Origin: Podarcis vaucheri
Lineage: Eukaryota
Length of the DNA: 64,000 bases
Reading direction: 5' to 3' (one strand)
NCBI GenBank assembly: GCA_965113315.1
Contig: OZ220364.1
Both the position numbers and the translations under genes were made by a program. Below are positions 1-12,441 of this stretch, piece by piece (the stretch's first letter is position 1; each line of letters opens with the position of its first letter). The notes beneath the pieces are model-generated. The model saw only the letters and a program-made list of their open reading frames with translations, ran no database searches and was not told where the DNA came from.

Positions 1-500
1 GCCCGTGAAGCCCGCTCGCGGGGCAGGACACCGCCTTGCCCCCCCCTGCCTTCACACCAGGTATCCCGGGCCGGGAGTGGGGGTGTTTCCCCAGCCAGGC
101 CTTTGCCTCCGCCTGCCGTGCCAGGCTTATCCGTAGTGCGGGGGTGGCGGGCGGCCCCTCCGTGCCTCGTTTGTGGGACACCTGGCTGGCCGGTGCTGCC
201 GGGGGACTTTGGGGGCGATCTGGCCGGTCTGCCTGCCGCGCTCTCCGGCGCCCCCGCCCTGCCTCCCCTGGGAGCCTGCGAGTGCGCTGCCTCCACATGG
301 AATGAGTCCCCATTCTTCGCGTTCGCCTTCCCCTCCCATGAGCCTTACTTTTAATGCTTTGTCCGATTTGGGTCCACGTGTGTGTTTATTGGGGAAGAGG
401 GTTTCTAGCATGGAAAAACGGGGTTTTTTTTTAAAAAAAATTGGCGAGCTGGGGTTGTTTTCTGCCTCTGGCAACACTGCCTCTGGTCGTGCCTGTGCGC
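1..500. promoter_or_regulatory. 3' tail of a CpG island, presumably the PRKACA Calpha1 promoter/exon 1 island
   Basis: Very GC- and CpG-rich to ~330, fading by ~500, against a CpG-depleted background. No MGNAAAAKKG coding sequence is in the window, so exon 1 is inferred to lie upstream. Confidence 0.75.
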
Positions 501-1805
501 TAAAAACCAGTTTGTGTTGACTTTGTCTGTAACTTGCAGGTTAGTTATCCTCCCCAAATATATCAAACAGATTTAAATACGAAGCGTAGCATTTTCTCTT
601 TTATCTGAAGCTGCTTAGTTAACAGTGGCTGGTACCGAATGTGTGCAATGAAGCTAACACTTTGCTATTGCTTTTAGGCAGGTTTGACAGGTTCCTGTTC
701 AATAGACAGCTCGCCCTGTTAAAACACAAATGGAAGGCTACTTAATTCAGCAGAGACAGACGGATGTGTCCGCTACGCCCCACCCCCCAGAGGAAGCTGC
801 AGAATGGAACTGCAAACGGGTCAGGCAGGGCCTCAGATGGAAAGACTAGCAAGAAAGCAGGAAGTATGTTTGTAGCGTACCTAGATGGAAAACAGAGAGG
901 TCTGCTTGGATTGCTTTCGAGGAAGTGGAAGGCAGGATTTTGTAGCTGGCGGCACACTTGCAGAACAGTCAAAGAATTAATGCTGGAATAGGACCTCGTG
1001 AAAACTATTTAAAACTACACACACACCTTTTGGGTTCTTTCATTTTACCTGTCTTCTTTGGGAGCTTGTGGCATGCAAGCCTGTTCAATTGAGTATGAGT
1101 TTTATCTGCCACATTGCATCCAAGCAGTGGGTGTGCAAAACTGCACTGGAGAATTCAGGTCATGTTTTTTTTTAGGACTAATGCATCTCACAACCTTGTT
1201 TTGTATACCAGCATCTTTAACAACTGGGCTTGGGCTCAGTTACAGATAAAAAATGTGAATCAAAGTTACACTGCAGAACTCGGGATTTCTAGGTGCTAGT
1301 ACTATTCTTTGAACATGGAATTGTCCATCCTTAAGGGCTCCCTCAAAAGATAAAGTATAGGGGGAAATGTATGAAAATTGCAAAGGAAGTGCCAGGGCTT
1401 GGCACAGAAAGTTATAAGAGAGCTCTCAGACTTCTGCTCTGTGTGGACTCAGTCCTTGTCCCAGCATGTACTCCTAAATCCCTTCCCAGAGTTGTGGATA
1501 GGATTCAGGAACCTTGACTTCTTGTCCATTATTACTCTCTTCCCTTCCCAGCTTGTTTTACTCTGTGATTAAAATCCCATTACTGTTTAGACTGAGGCTG
1601 ACCCTTTCCCAAAGAGATTATTACACTTAGTAGCAGTATGGCAGGATTATATCTGTGGCTTGTAATGATCACTGTAGAAAGAGGAAAGGGCAAGGCACAT
1701 AGCAAGTGTACAAATTCCTACCCCTGCATCACTGCCTTACAATGTTTTAATGTATTCATTGTTTTCAGCACTTCATTCATTTGTCAGCTGTTAACAGTAT
1801 CCAGG

Positions 1806-2233
1806 GATTGCCCAACAAGACAACGACAAGAATCCACCAACAGCCTATGAAGCAATATGGCTAACCTGATCCAAAAACACCCACCCCACTCATACATGAA
1901 AACAAAGTTCATCACAGCCAATCACAAACAAACAACCGCACCCTAGGGCAACCCCAACCTCTCACCACCAGAGGAACACAAGCGAATAGTAAAGAGAACC
2001 CACACAGGCGACGTTGACACAAAACCCCACACATACATTAAATTAAACAGAAACCGCCACCTGACCCCATCCCCACCCTCCATGGTCCCCTCCACCTCTT
2101 CCCCCCTTTCTTCCTAATGTAACACTAAAGTTGCAACAAATGAAACTGATCTGTAGAAAATGTAACTTGAAAAAAGAGACATTGCACATACTTTTGTAAA
2201 CCAAGAAACCTTTAATAAAAAATACATTAAAAA
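1806..2233 (+). mobile_element. 5'-truncated L1-clade LINE 3' end
   Basis: 13-bp TSD aacagtatccagg at 1793-1805 and 2234-2246. Ends in AATAAA plus an A-rich tail. The 5' end reads ...AYEAIWLT*, like an ORF2 C-terminus. Confidence 0.7.
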
Positions 2234-3284
2234 AACAGTATCCAGGAATTTAGGGACTCTGTAGTAAGAATGAGATGGACCAATATTTTGGACTTCCTGA
2301 ACAGCAAAAGCCTGATTTATACTGTTTTTATTAACCACAAAGATAGCTATTGCCAAAGAAAGAGAACTCAACATTGTGTATTAAAAATAAGTTGTGCAAA
2401 TTAATATTTTGTGCAGATACACTTATCTTGTAGAAATATGTCTATGTTTGATTCTAAATATATTTATATTATTTTGTGGAATTTAGAATATATCCTGGAA
2501 GGGAATCACAGGTAAATGAGTGACATAGGGTAACATGAAGTGCAAGATTCATAGGTACTTGTGCATGTCTTCGATGATCACTGGTTCTTTCAAAAGCACA
2601 TTTGTAAATATTAACTGAAGGACTGAAACCTACTGTTATATATTTAAAACGTGGATTTATCAGCAATCCAAATACTACACCATATTTGAGTATGTGGAAT
2701 CTCAGGACATGCATAGTTCTGACTCTTAAGTTATTTTTATTTAGGTAAATGTATACCTTGTCCTTCTATTGTGATCGTGGTACTTGGAAGAGGAGTTTGT
2801 TAAGTCAAGATAGGGAAAATTTAAGGACATTTCCTTAAAATTGTCTTGAGTAGCTGTGATTGAATTCTAAACATCCTTCAAAACTTTAGCTTGATCATCA
2901 CATTTAACATACATGCATGCATGTCATCTAATAAAGTTCAAGTTCATAAATTGATGGTTGTAGCCAAAGCCCATGATAGTATTAATGCAATAATACAGAA
3001 CATATATTCATAATACAAAAAGACTGCCAAGTTCCTGAAACACACAGTTTCCCTTGTATCTCTCTCAGAACTCCAATTCTAATATTTTGCCTTTTAAAAA
3101 TCCAATTTACCAGCATCCATAATGTAAGAAAGACAAGTTCCCAGATACACCAACAAACTCAAATCCAGCTTGATTTCAGATTAAACGTCTGAAGCACCAC
3201 CACAATTTATAGCAATTTTATCTTAACTCCTTTTTCCTGATTTTTTTTTTCCAGCCAGTGTATAGAGGGCCATTCTGCATGTTA

Positions 3285-3635
3285 AAGGTAAAGGTACCCC
3301 TGCCCGTACGGGCCAGTCGTGTCCGACTCTGGGGTTGCGCGCCCATCTCGCTTAAGAGGCTGGGGGCCAGCGCTGTCTGAAGACACTTCCGGGTCACGTG
3401 GCCAGTGTGACAAGCTGCATCTGGCGAGCCAGCGCAGCACACGGAAATGCCGTATACCTTCCCGCTAGTAAGCGGTCCCTATTTATCTACTTGCACCCGG
3501 GGGTGCTTTCGAACTGCTAGGTTGGCAGGCGCTGGGACCGAGCAATGGGAGCGCACCCCACCACGGGGATTTGAACCGCCGACCTGACGATCAGCAAGTC
3601 CTAGGCGCTGAGGTTTTACCCACAGCGCCACCCGC
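3285..3635 (-). mobile_element. Sauria SINE
   Basis: (aaaggt)n, the reverse of the (ACCTTT)n tail. Body motifs cacgtggccag and tatttatctacttgcac. Reversed tRNA B box (gggatttgaacc). 8-bp TSD gcatgtta at 3277-3284 and 3636-3643. Confidence 0.9.
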
Positions 3636-5478
3636 GCATGTTATGGAGCTATTATTGCCACTCAAAAGAAACAACAGTGTGTGCCTGCTTGCTTGTGTGA
3701 ACAAAGGTTTCAGAAAGCCATCTCTTGGCCCTCTCTATAAGGGGCAGGCTAACAGATAATAAGTGATGTCTCCCACCTGACCATAAATACAAAGTCTGTA
3801 TACAACACCTTGTTGTAGTCGCCTTCCAAGATTTGGAAACGCAGCTCAATAAAGACATTTAGGGAAACTTGTGAAAGTTGAGATACTAGCTCTAAAATGC
3901 TCTTTTTTTCAAGAGTGGGTAGCAAGGGAGAAATTTTGTGTTTCTAATTAGTTGTAGGTCCCTTCTGGGTTCTGTCCAGAAGATCTAATCCCTTAGTTGT
4001 CATCTAGTCAAAAAGCTATTTCCTAGCCTTTGCAACAAATGATTTATTGGCAGTTATAAAATATTACAAAGGCTATTTTCTCAAGTAACAGCATGCATTA
4101 TATGAGCTCCATTAGATAAAAAAACCTGAAGGCTTCTGAACACTGGCTTGTTGTAGAAATATGCTCTGTGGACCATTATTCTCTGCACAGAATAATCCAG
4201 TTAGCAACTGAAATAGTAATTATTAATTGTTAAATAGGAACTTTAGCACACTATCCACATGATATCCAAGCTGTAAGGTTTAAGAAGTGGGAAGGAATCC
4301 TTGGATCTGCCTCTGCCTGCAGCTCTCCTGGTATATGTGCAGCAGTTGGAGGTGGGCTCCCTTGCAGCTTTCCAGTCCAATCTGTCCCCTTTTGTTGCTT
4401 TCAACAGATCTGAGGAGCAGACGCAACATTAGACCTGTGCCTCTATTGCTGATGGAACTTCTTTGCAGATTTGTTGTTTGATCCACAAAGAAACTGTGCT
4501 GATAAATTTTACTCCCAGCTCTCATATTTGGCAGGATTAAAAAGGAAAACAAAGCACGACTTCAATTAAACGGAGCACAGCTTTAATTAAACAATTAATC
4601 CAGTATAATGTATGTGAAGCTTTTATGTGAAGTGCACTTAATAGAAGCACTGTTTCTTTTTATTAAATGGGACATCCAGGTGCCTGTGGCTTGGCTGCTA
4701 GGCTCTGTGTAAAATGTCTATTATGGAATTTCTGGAAGATAGATGGGTCACGTAAACTTCCTGCCTACTCTGATGAACTCAGAAGGGGAACAATTCTTTT
4801 ATTTATGTAGCCTTTTTTTAAAAAAAACCTGACAACTTAATTATTGTGATTCTCTTTCATTGGCGGCTTTAAAGTTGAAACTAGATAACAACTACTACAT
4901 CCTACCTTTCCTCCAATAAGTTCAAGGTGGAGTACCTGGTTCTTTCCCTTCTCAGTTTGCCCTCACAACAACCTTGTGAGGCAGGATTAAGTTGAGAGGC
5001 AGTGCCAAGCCCAGTTTGTGACTGAGTAGGGATTGTGCAACATTACATGGAGGTCCTTTCCAGCTCTGCAACTGTCTGTTTAAAACAGAGGTGCCTTAGG
5101 TGTGGACATCCATATCTTGTTGGACCCCAATTCCTGTCAGCTTCACCTATCTGAAGTAATCATTCAGTGCAAATGATAAATGGATTTTAATAGGCTAGCC
5201 AACAGATCTGGAGAAATGCAAATAGGCCTTCTGTTTGTAGCCACCTGCCAAACGTGAGACGGCTCTCAGATGTTGATTGGAGTGCAATAGGGGTTACTTA
5301 CAGACAGTCCTTGAGGTATTCTGGTCCAAAACGCTTGTCAGTTTTTTGGTCAAAGAAAATGTGGCTATATAGGTATCAAAGTTGTGGCTGACTCACTGTT
5401 GGTATGGTAAGTAAATATAAATGAAATGTACGGAGAACCCATGGATTGGTAAACTGAACTCTTTCAGTTTAAAAAACA

Positions 5479-5559
5479 GTCCAGTAGCACCTTAGAGACC
5501 AACTAAGTTTGTTCTGGGTATCAGCTTTTGTGTGCATGCACACTTCTTGGTATCTGAAG
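5479..5559 (-). mobile_element. Penelope-like terminal repeat remnant (degenerate hammerhead-bearing copy)
   Basis: gtccagtagcaccttagagaccaact...gtgtgcatgcacac, homologous to 30325-30408. Confidence 0.6.
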
Positions 5560-7209
5560 CCGCTTTTTTCCAAGCTTGGGCCCTCCAGATATTTCAAACT
5601 ATAGCTTCCAGCATTGGCTGTACTGGCAGAAGCTGTTGTGAATTGGAGGCCACCAGGTTGGCAAAGGCTTAAAATCTTGCTGGTATTAGAAATTGAGTTG
5701 GTTCATCTCTTGGCTTCTGTGAAAGTGATATGATTTGCCTATGATCTCTCTACCGTATATAAAGTGGAGTGGGTTGGGGCTTCTGACCCAGTGAAAAAAA
5801 CCCTATCAGCATGTGTTAATCTGGTTTTTTAAAAAAACATAGTTTGGGTGAACACAGAGTCCCTGAAAACACACTAAAACTTAGAGAATATGCATTGGTT
5901 TTGTGGTTAAATTTTGTTTACTTATATGTCTTCTCACCCTCAAAAGGGCCTCCGGGGCCTGCTGCAACCTTCAAGTGACAATAAAACAAATTATAAAACC
6001 AGAGATAATTTCACATCAGCCAACAAATCAAATCCACTGCTGGCTGTAATCGTGGCAAGTAGCAAAAGAACTCCCTGGAGTTGGGGAAAGGTGTTAGGAG
6101 TAAGCTGTGATTACTGTAAGAAGTTTCTTCAGAAGATGCAGACAGGAGAGGAAAATGTAAGAAACCTTTATCTGTGTACACTATAAAAATATGAAACTGT
6201 TTCCTTGCCCATGTAATTGGCACTCCGTTCTTCCAAGGTTCCGAACAGGCCCCAGCAGTTCTTGCTCTCCTCATTAGGTTCTCCCAGTTATGTGACTGAA
6301 GCTGTCTTCAAGGAAGAGTTTGATGTGCACGGGATCCCAGATGTTTTAGGGTTCTTGGTAGGTTAAAAGTGTGAGCTCGCACTGATGATTAAGATGAGAA
6401 ATTGGAACTCTATTAAAGATCAGAGTAAACTAGCAGGAACTTTTGGTAAAATGAGGTCAAACCTGAGCTTACAAAGCCAATAATGGACTTTGAAAGTTTT
6501 GTGCGCTTTGGAGCTGAAGGGTGGGGTGGCAAATATGCCAAGGGTGGCTATTTTCTGTGAAGAGTTGGTATGGTAGGTAAAGGCTAATAAGGAAGCAACA
6601 ACTTCATTTGTATGAGTAGCACAGTGTCGGGAATGCTTCATACCTCACAGAGTAAAGGTTCAAGTGGTGGTACTTTTGCTACATAATTTTGAAGTGTCTA
6701 AGAAGCATCTGTTTCATAGCATGTACACATCTGGGGAGTCAACCAAGGCCGTTCCTTGCCATGTGCATAGGTGCATGTAGCTGTTTCACACAATGTGTTC
6801 ACCATGTGTAGATCATGAATGATCTTCAAGAAATTACTACAACCCCGTAAGTCAGAATGCAAATTGCTGACGTGAATTAGGGCCCTGCTGCACCTGTAAG
6901 CACTCATTGATTAGTGTAAAAATCCACTCTTTTTGCAATCAAGATGGCTGGTTTAAAATGTGTTTAAAGAGTAATTTACTGCCTTAACAAACTGGAGTAT
7001 GAACGCTGAGCAGCCCTTTGTACATTCCTTTGTAGAATCCAGGGATGATTTCACACTTAATTGGTTGTTGTTTTTTTTAGTGTGTGAATACTTCATAATA
7101 CATAGCATTTAAATATTAGCCAGCTCTTAAGTTGCTTGAAGCGTCTTAAAAGCAAAGTGCTGCCCGTTTCATTCTCCTGTGTAGGGCAGTCAGCACGTGT
7201 TTCTGGCAG

Positions 7210-7815
7210 GATTCCTGGGCTGCATCAATAGGAGTATAGCATCTAGATCAAGGGAGGTAATAGTGCCACTGTATTCTGCTCTGGTCAGACCACACCTGGA
7301 GTACTGTGTCCAGTTCTGGGCACCACAATTCAAGAAGGACACTGACAAACTGGAACGTGTCCAGAGGAGGGCAACCAAAATGGTCAAAGGCCTGGAAACA
7401 ATGCCTTATGAGGAACGGCTAAGGGAGCTGGGCATGTTTAGCCTGGAGAAGAGGAGGTTAAGGGGTGATATGATAGCCATGTTCAAATATATAAAAGGAT
7501 GTCACATAGAGGAGGGAGAAAGGTTGTTTTCTGCTGCTCCAGAGAAGCGGACACGGAGCAATGGATCCAAACTACAAGAAAGAAGATTCCACCTAAACAT
7601 TAGGAAGAACTTCCTGACAGTAAGAGCTGTTCGACAGTGGAATTTTCTGCCAAGGAGTGTGGTGGAGTCTCCTACTTTGGAGGTCTTTAAGCAGAGGCTT
7701 GACAACCATATGTCAGGAGTGCTCTGATGGTGTTTCCTGCTTGGCAGGGGGTTGGACTCGATGGCCCTTGTGGTCTCTTCCAACTCTATGATTCTATGAT
7801 TCTATGATTCTATGA
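7210..7815 (+). mobile_element. Young 5'-truncated CR1 LINE (ORF2 C-terminus, 3' UTR, tail)
   Basis: Open frame ...[24 protein letters not shown]...[12 protein letters not shown]...RRLRGDMI, stop at 7727. (ATTCTATG)n tail. Confidence 0.95.
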
Positions 7816-8834
7816 CTGTGATAAGTGGGTATCCAACAGCGGACTCTTGTTGGAGTCACCTGCTGAATTTCTGTTTGGATTGCTGCCGATAAGGGGCGTA
7901 GGGGCTTCTTCTGGGAAAAAGATTTGGTAGCCCAAACCCTTAAGTGCTGTTCTCCTTGTCACTTCCTCCAAGATTCTGTGTTGCTTTCTGAAGTGTTGCA
8001 GACAGGTTAGTCACCAGGTGGGTAATTTCCGAGGGTGAGCAAATGCAACAACCTGCAACATCTCTCTACACTATATTTGCACTCATCCCTAATCACACAG
8101 ACAAGTGTACAGGCATTCACAAACCACAGGCAGACCTTCCTGTGCTCCCACTGTTGTTGCCACTGCCATCCTGGGGTGGACGGAAGAAAGAAAGCCAGCA
8201 GCTCAGGCCTGCAGCGCGAGCAAGCAGACCAGGTGGGCAGCCCAGGCAAGCCTTCCTACGCGCTCTCTGTCATTGCTACCACAATATGGGTGTGTGTAGA
8301 GGAAACAGGTCAGCGGCCCAGGCAGGTAAAGTGGCAGAGTTGGCCACCCGGACAGGCCTTGCTGAGCTCCCTCTGTTACCATCTGCAAAGAGGGGGGGGG
8401 GGCGGCGGCAAGAGAATGAAGAGGCCCTCTCCCTGCTGCTGCCAGAAGGAAATCTGCAAATGAAGCAGAAGTGGGGAGATAGGGGAAGGTTTTCTGCCCA
8501 TCTTGTGGGTGGGGATTGAGCCAGTTGTGAGGGGTTTGGTGTGGGAGAGGTGTAAAACGAGAGGATTGGCAATGGGGGTGGGGTTATATAGTTCATAAGT
8601 CCTGCTTCTGATTTGGGAAATGTTTTTGGTCTTTGTGCTACTAGCTTCATGCTCCCTTTCTCCTGGGTTGACCGCCTAAAAGACACGCTTGACTCTTCCA
8701 CTGCCTCCATGCCAAGCTCTTTTTCTCTTTTTCTCAGGCGTGGACCTCATCCTGTTGCCTTGTGGTCTTGGTGCAGAGGGAGCAGCCATCAAATTTCCAC
8801 AATCTGTATCTATCTGTAGACTGATCTAGCAGTA

Positions 8835-9205
8835 CGATGTGGAGAAAGTTGATAGAGAAGTTTTGCTCCCCTTCATAAAAATAGAACTAGATGTTGAATG
8901 TTGGAAGTGCCACAGCACACAAAAGGAAGTATATCTTCATTCAGGGCATAGTTAAACTACATGCTGTCACAAATGTGATGGTCACCATCTTTAAGGCTCC
9001 TGGTCATGGTGGCTGTGTATAATCTCACGTGTCAGAGGTGATGAGCTTCTGAATAGGGTTTGTCAGGAAGCACAAGGGGAGAAAGTGCTGTTGTGATCGT
9101 GACCTGGTTGTTGACTTCCCATAGGTCTGAGTGGCCACTTTGAGAATAGGATGCTGGACTAGATAGGTCTTTGGTCTGATCCAACAGAACTCTTCTTATT
9201 CTTAT
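8835..9205 (+). mobile_element. Old degenerate CR1 3' end
   Basis: Ends in gatgctggactagat...ggtctgatcc...cttcttattcttat, a CR1 3' terminus. Related reversed fragments lie near 19745, 49375, 55180 and 62905. Confidence 0.6.
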
Positions 9206-10471
9206 ATCAGCTAGATCTTATCCTGATTTGTTAGTTGCTCCAAGTATTTTAGGTTATCTTTTAAAATGCATTTTATTATTATGGAACAGAAACACGGAAC
9301 ATTTCCTGGAGTTGCTTTCTATATCTCTTAGCCCCTGCCCTTGTTGCTGTTTTGAATTGGGAAGGCAGCAAAATAAACTGAAATTTCAAGAAGATCCAGC
9401 TTGCTTTTTTTCTCATATGCTGGTGGCTGCAGTAGCAACTTCCCTTCCCTTCCAGTTTTAATGTGTAAAACTGAGCATTGACCCTGAGTACTAAAATCCT
9501 TGACTAGAATGATTCGTTTCCTGATCAACCTGTTCTGTTTGTTAGTAGGTTAATCAAGAGGTGATTTCAGACCAAAGACTGTAAAGGGGTCTGTCTACTA
9601 AATTACAAAAAGGGAAAAAAAGATTGGACATATTGCTCAAGAGAACCCTATTATGTTTAAATGGAGATAGAAGCTGTCTAAATGACAATGACAAGCTGGC
9701 TTGAGTGACTACTGCCTCTTGCTAACTGTAGCATGCTGTAAACCTTGGTGGATAAGTGAGGGAGTATTACAAATTAGTGCATTTGTAGTTTTGGCAGGAA
9801 TAGGAGAGTGGTTTGGGCATCCACAGACCAGATCAGGCACGTTCTTCAGCCATGATGCATTTAAGACTATCAGCGCCTGGCCTGTGGAATGTTTTCTGGC
9901 AATTCTAATTAGGAGAACAAACTTGAAGTTTAACCTTCTGTTGCCCTGTGGTTCAAGTGTGGGATTGTGTTGTGAGCCATTCCACTTGTAACGTTTTTGC
10001 AAAGGAGTAATGGCTAATAATTGTATTGATCAGGTTAGATAAGACTTACAGGCCAGAGCCTTATTGTAGCACGATACAGTGATTGGGTTTTGGCTCTTTC
10101 CTGATGAATTTCTCGTACATGGAAGATTGGAAACTACAAATACAGTACCCGGTCTTATGTGTTCGCTATTTATTTAGCAGCTTTTAACCTTGCTTGTTTA
10201 GACTTCAAAAGTCATTTCAGCTGACAGAATTTTAAAAAAAGAAAAAGAAAACGCAAATCATTAAGAACAAGGAGAAAATGCAACCATTGGACATGCCTCT
10301 AACCCAAACACCCTCCTAAAAGGATCTTAAACATTATACTTTTGAAAGCTGATGCAAGAGTTCGTTAAATGCATTCCCTAGGGATAGTGTTCCAAAGAGT
10401 ACCCCTCATCCTCCTGCAACAAACAAGGGAACTGTTAAGCATTGCTTTTCCAGTGTTCCCAAGGACATAAT

Positions 10472-10704
10472 AGTGGTGTAGTGTAGTGGTTAAGAGCAGT
10501 AGATTCGTAATCTGGTGAACCGGGTTCGCTTCCCTGCTCCTCCACATGCAGCTGCTGGGTGACCTTGGGCTAGTCACACTTTTCTGAAGTCTCTCAGCCC
10601 CACTCACCTCACAGAGTGTTTGTTGTGGGGGAGGAAGGGAAAGGAGAATGTTAGCCGCTTTGAGACTCCTTCGGGTAGTGATAAAGCGGGATATCAAATC
10701 TAAA
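10472..10704 (+). mobile_element. tRNA-derived SINE (Squam3-like)
   Basis: A box tgtagtggttaagagc and B box-like gggttcgcttccc. Body gggtgaccttgggctagtcac...ctcagccccactcacctcacag. Highly similar to the reversed copy at 17610-17863. Confidence 0.8.
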
Positions 10705-11659
10705 AAAACCCCAAAAAACTGGTGGTATGCCTCTGATAACTTTGGTTCAGGGCTTTAAATATCAAAAATATACTTTGATGTGTGCTTAGAAGCACACTGG
10801 CAATGCATCCAAATGTTTGAAAACGGATGTAATATATTGTCAGCAATCTACCCCCATTAAGAGCTTTGCTGTTGTATTTATTTATTACATTTATATTCTA
10901 CTTCTCTAAGGAGCTCAAAACAATGTACACGGTCCTCCTTTCTTTACCCAGCCCTCCCTGTTATCTTCACAACAACTTGGTCACTAGCCCAAGGTCACTC
11001 ATCAAGCTTCATGGCTGAATGGGGGTTTGAACTTAGGTTTCTGTAGCCTGGACATTCTAACCATTACACTGTCCATTGCCCAAACATAGCGTGGAGTTTA
11101 GCTATAGCTGACACAATAATGTATACTGTAGTTTAACAGTGCTGAACAAAAAGGAAAAAAAATGGATGCTTTTTGTGCCATCTGGTGGCCATTTATTTCC
11201 TACACTGGTGAAAAGGGTCTACAAAATAATGTTATCCACTGCACCTCTACAAAACTGGGTGTTGTGGCCATGCATACTTCTTTGTACTTCAGCTGGAGAA
11301 GATGACCCTGCTGTGGATGGATGCCCCCACACTACCCTGATGGAACAACGTAAGAGAATCCTGTAGAGAAAAACTAAAAGAAGAATTAGTTTTATAAAGA
11401 CATGAATTCTAAACACGGAAGCAGTGACATGCAGTGATTTTTTTTGTAGGGGAACACTTTGGGTCAGAAGCACCACCTTGTGAGGATGGTTGCCGGGGGG
11501 GGGGGGCAGAAGTCTCCTGGGCTTTGAGGAGGAGGTGCCAGGCTTTAATGCTTTAATACTCTAATTTACCAGGAACATTTAGGGGACTAGCCTAGTCCCC
11601 CTAGTCAACTGCCCGGAAGCTGGTGAGGTTGGGGAGTACAGAGGACCCTTATAACTGAA

Positions 11660-12006
11660 GTATACCTGAAGGAGCGTCTCCACCCCCATTGTTCAGCCCA
11701 GACACTGAGGTCCAGCTCCAAGGACCTTCTGGAAGTTTCCTCACTGCAAGAAGTAAGGTTACAGGGAACAAGGCAGAGCGCCTTCTCGGTAGTGGTGCCC
11801 ACCCCCCGCCCTGTGGAACACTCATCAGATGTCCAGGGAATAAACAATTCTCTGACGTTTAGAAGACATCTGAAGGCAGCCCTGTTTAGGGAAGTTTTCG
11901 GTGTTTGATCTTTTATCATGTTTTTAATATTCTGTTGGGAGCCGCCCAGAGTGGCTGGGGAAACCCAGCCAGATGGACAGGGTGTGAATAATAAAGTAGT
12001 ATTATT
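11660..12006 (+). mobile_element. L2-clade LINE 3' end
   Basis: YLKERL..., RAFSVVVP..LWN and FRRHLKAALF-like ORF2 end, then gccgcccagagtggc...aataataaa tail. Confidence 0.75.
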
Positions 12007-12059
12007 GTAACTGTGTTCAGTCACCTAGTTTTGATTTGTTATACAAACTTGAACGAAGC

Positions 12060-12441
12060 GAAACAGCCAATCGGGCGCAGGGCAGCAGGCCTGTGTGCTG
12101 AGGGTTCTGCTCTGGCCACGCCCTCCCAGTTCTACAGGAGATCACTGGAGATCAGACCAGGCAGGCCCGGGGCCTGATGTGCTCTGCTCGTGTTTCTTAA
12201 AAGTATGTGCCAAAGGCAGGCTCCTGGGCCTCGGAAGGGTTTGATCCTTACTCTTGTTCTTTACAGGGTCTGGCTTTAGGTCTTTTAAGCGGGCTGTTTC
12301 ACTCCACCCCCCCCCTCTCTGCCCCTTGGAGCCGGTCTCCCAGAGAGCTGGCAAAGCGGTAGTATGGATTGGGCCTTCTGGGGAGCCATAGGTGAAGAGA
12401 AGCCACATTCCAGACTGGCAAGATGGAGGTCGGAGGTGAGG
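12060..12441 (+). promoter_or_regulatory. Promoter-like segment (CCAAT and KLF/SP box) with candidate short first exon
   Basis: cagccaatcgg at ~12064, ggccacgccctccc at ~12114, then aagATGG at 12423 and GAG|GTGAGG donor after 12435 in phase 1. Confidence 0.3.

Noticed and set aside
36-520. Several overlapping GC-rich ORFs at the window start
   Set aside because: Low-complexity Pro/Gly/Arg ORFs expected in a CpG island. None encodes the Calpha1 N-terminus.
7197-7727. 176-aa ORF as a host gene
   Set aside because: It is the C-terminus of CR1 ORF2 in a truncated insertion.
8007-8819. Cluster of 60-158 aa ORFs on both strands
   Set aside because: No recognisable domain or splice structure; mostly non-ATG starts in mildly GC-rich sequence.
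10472-10545. tRNA gene
   Set aside because: A and B boxes belong to a SINE head. There is no complete cloverleaf and the SINE body follows.
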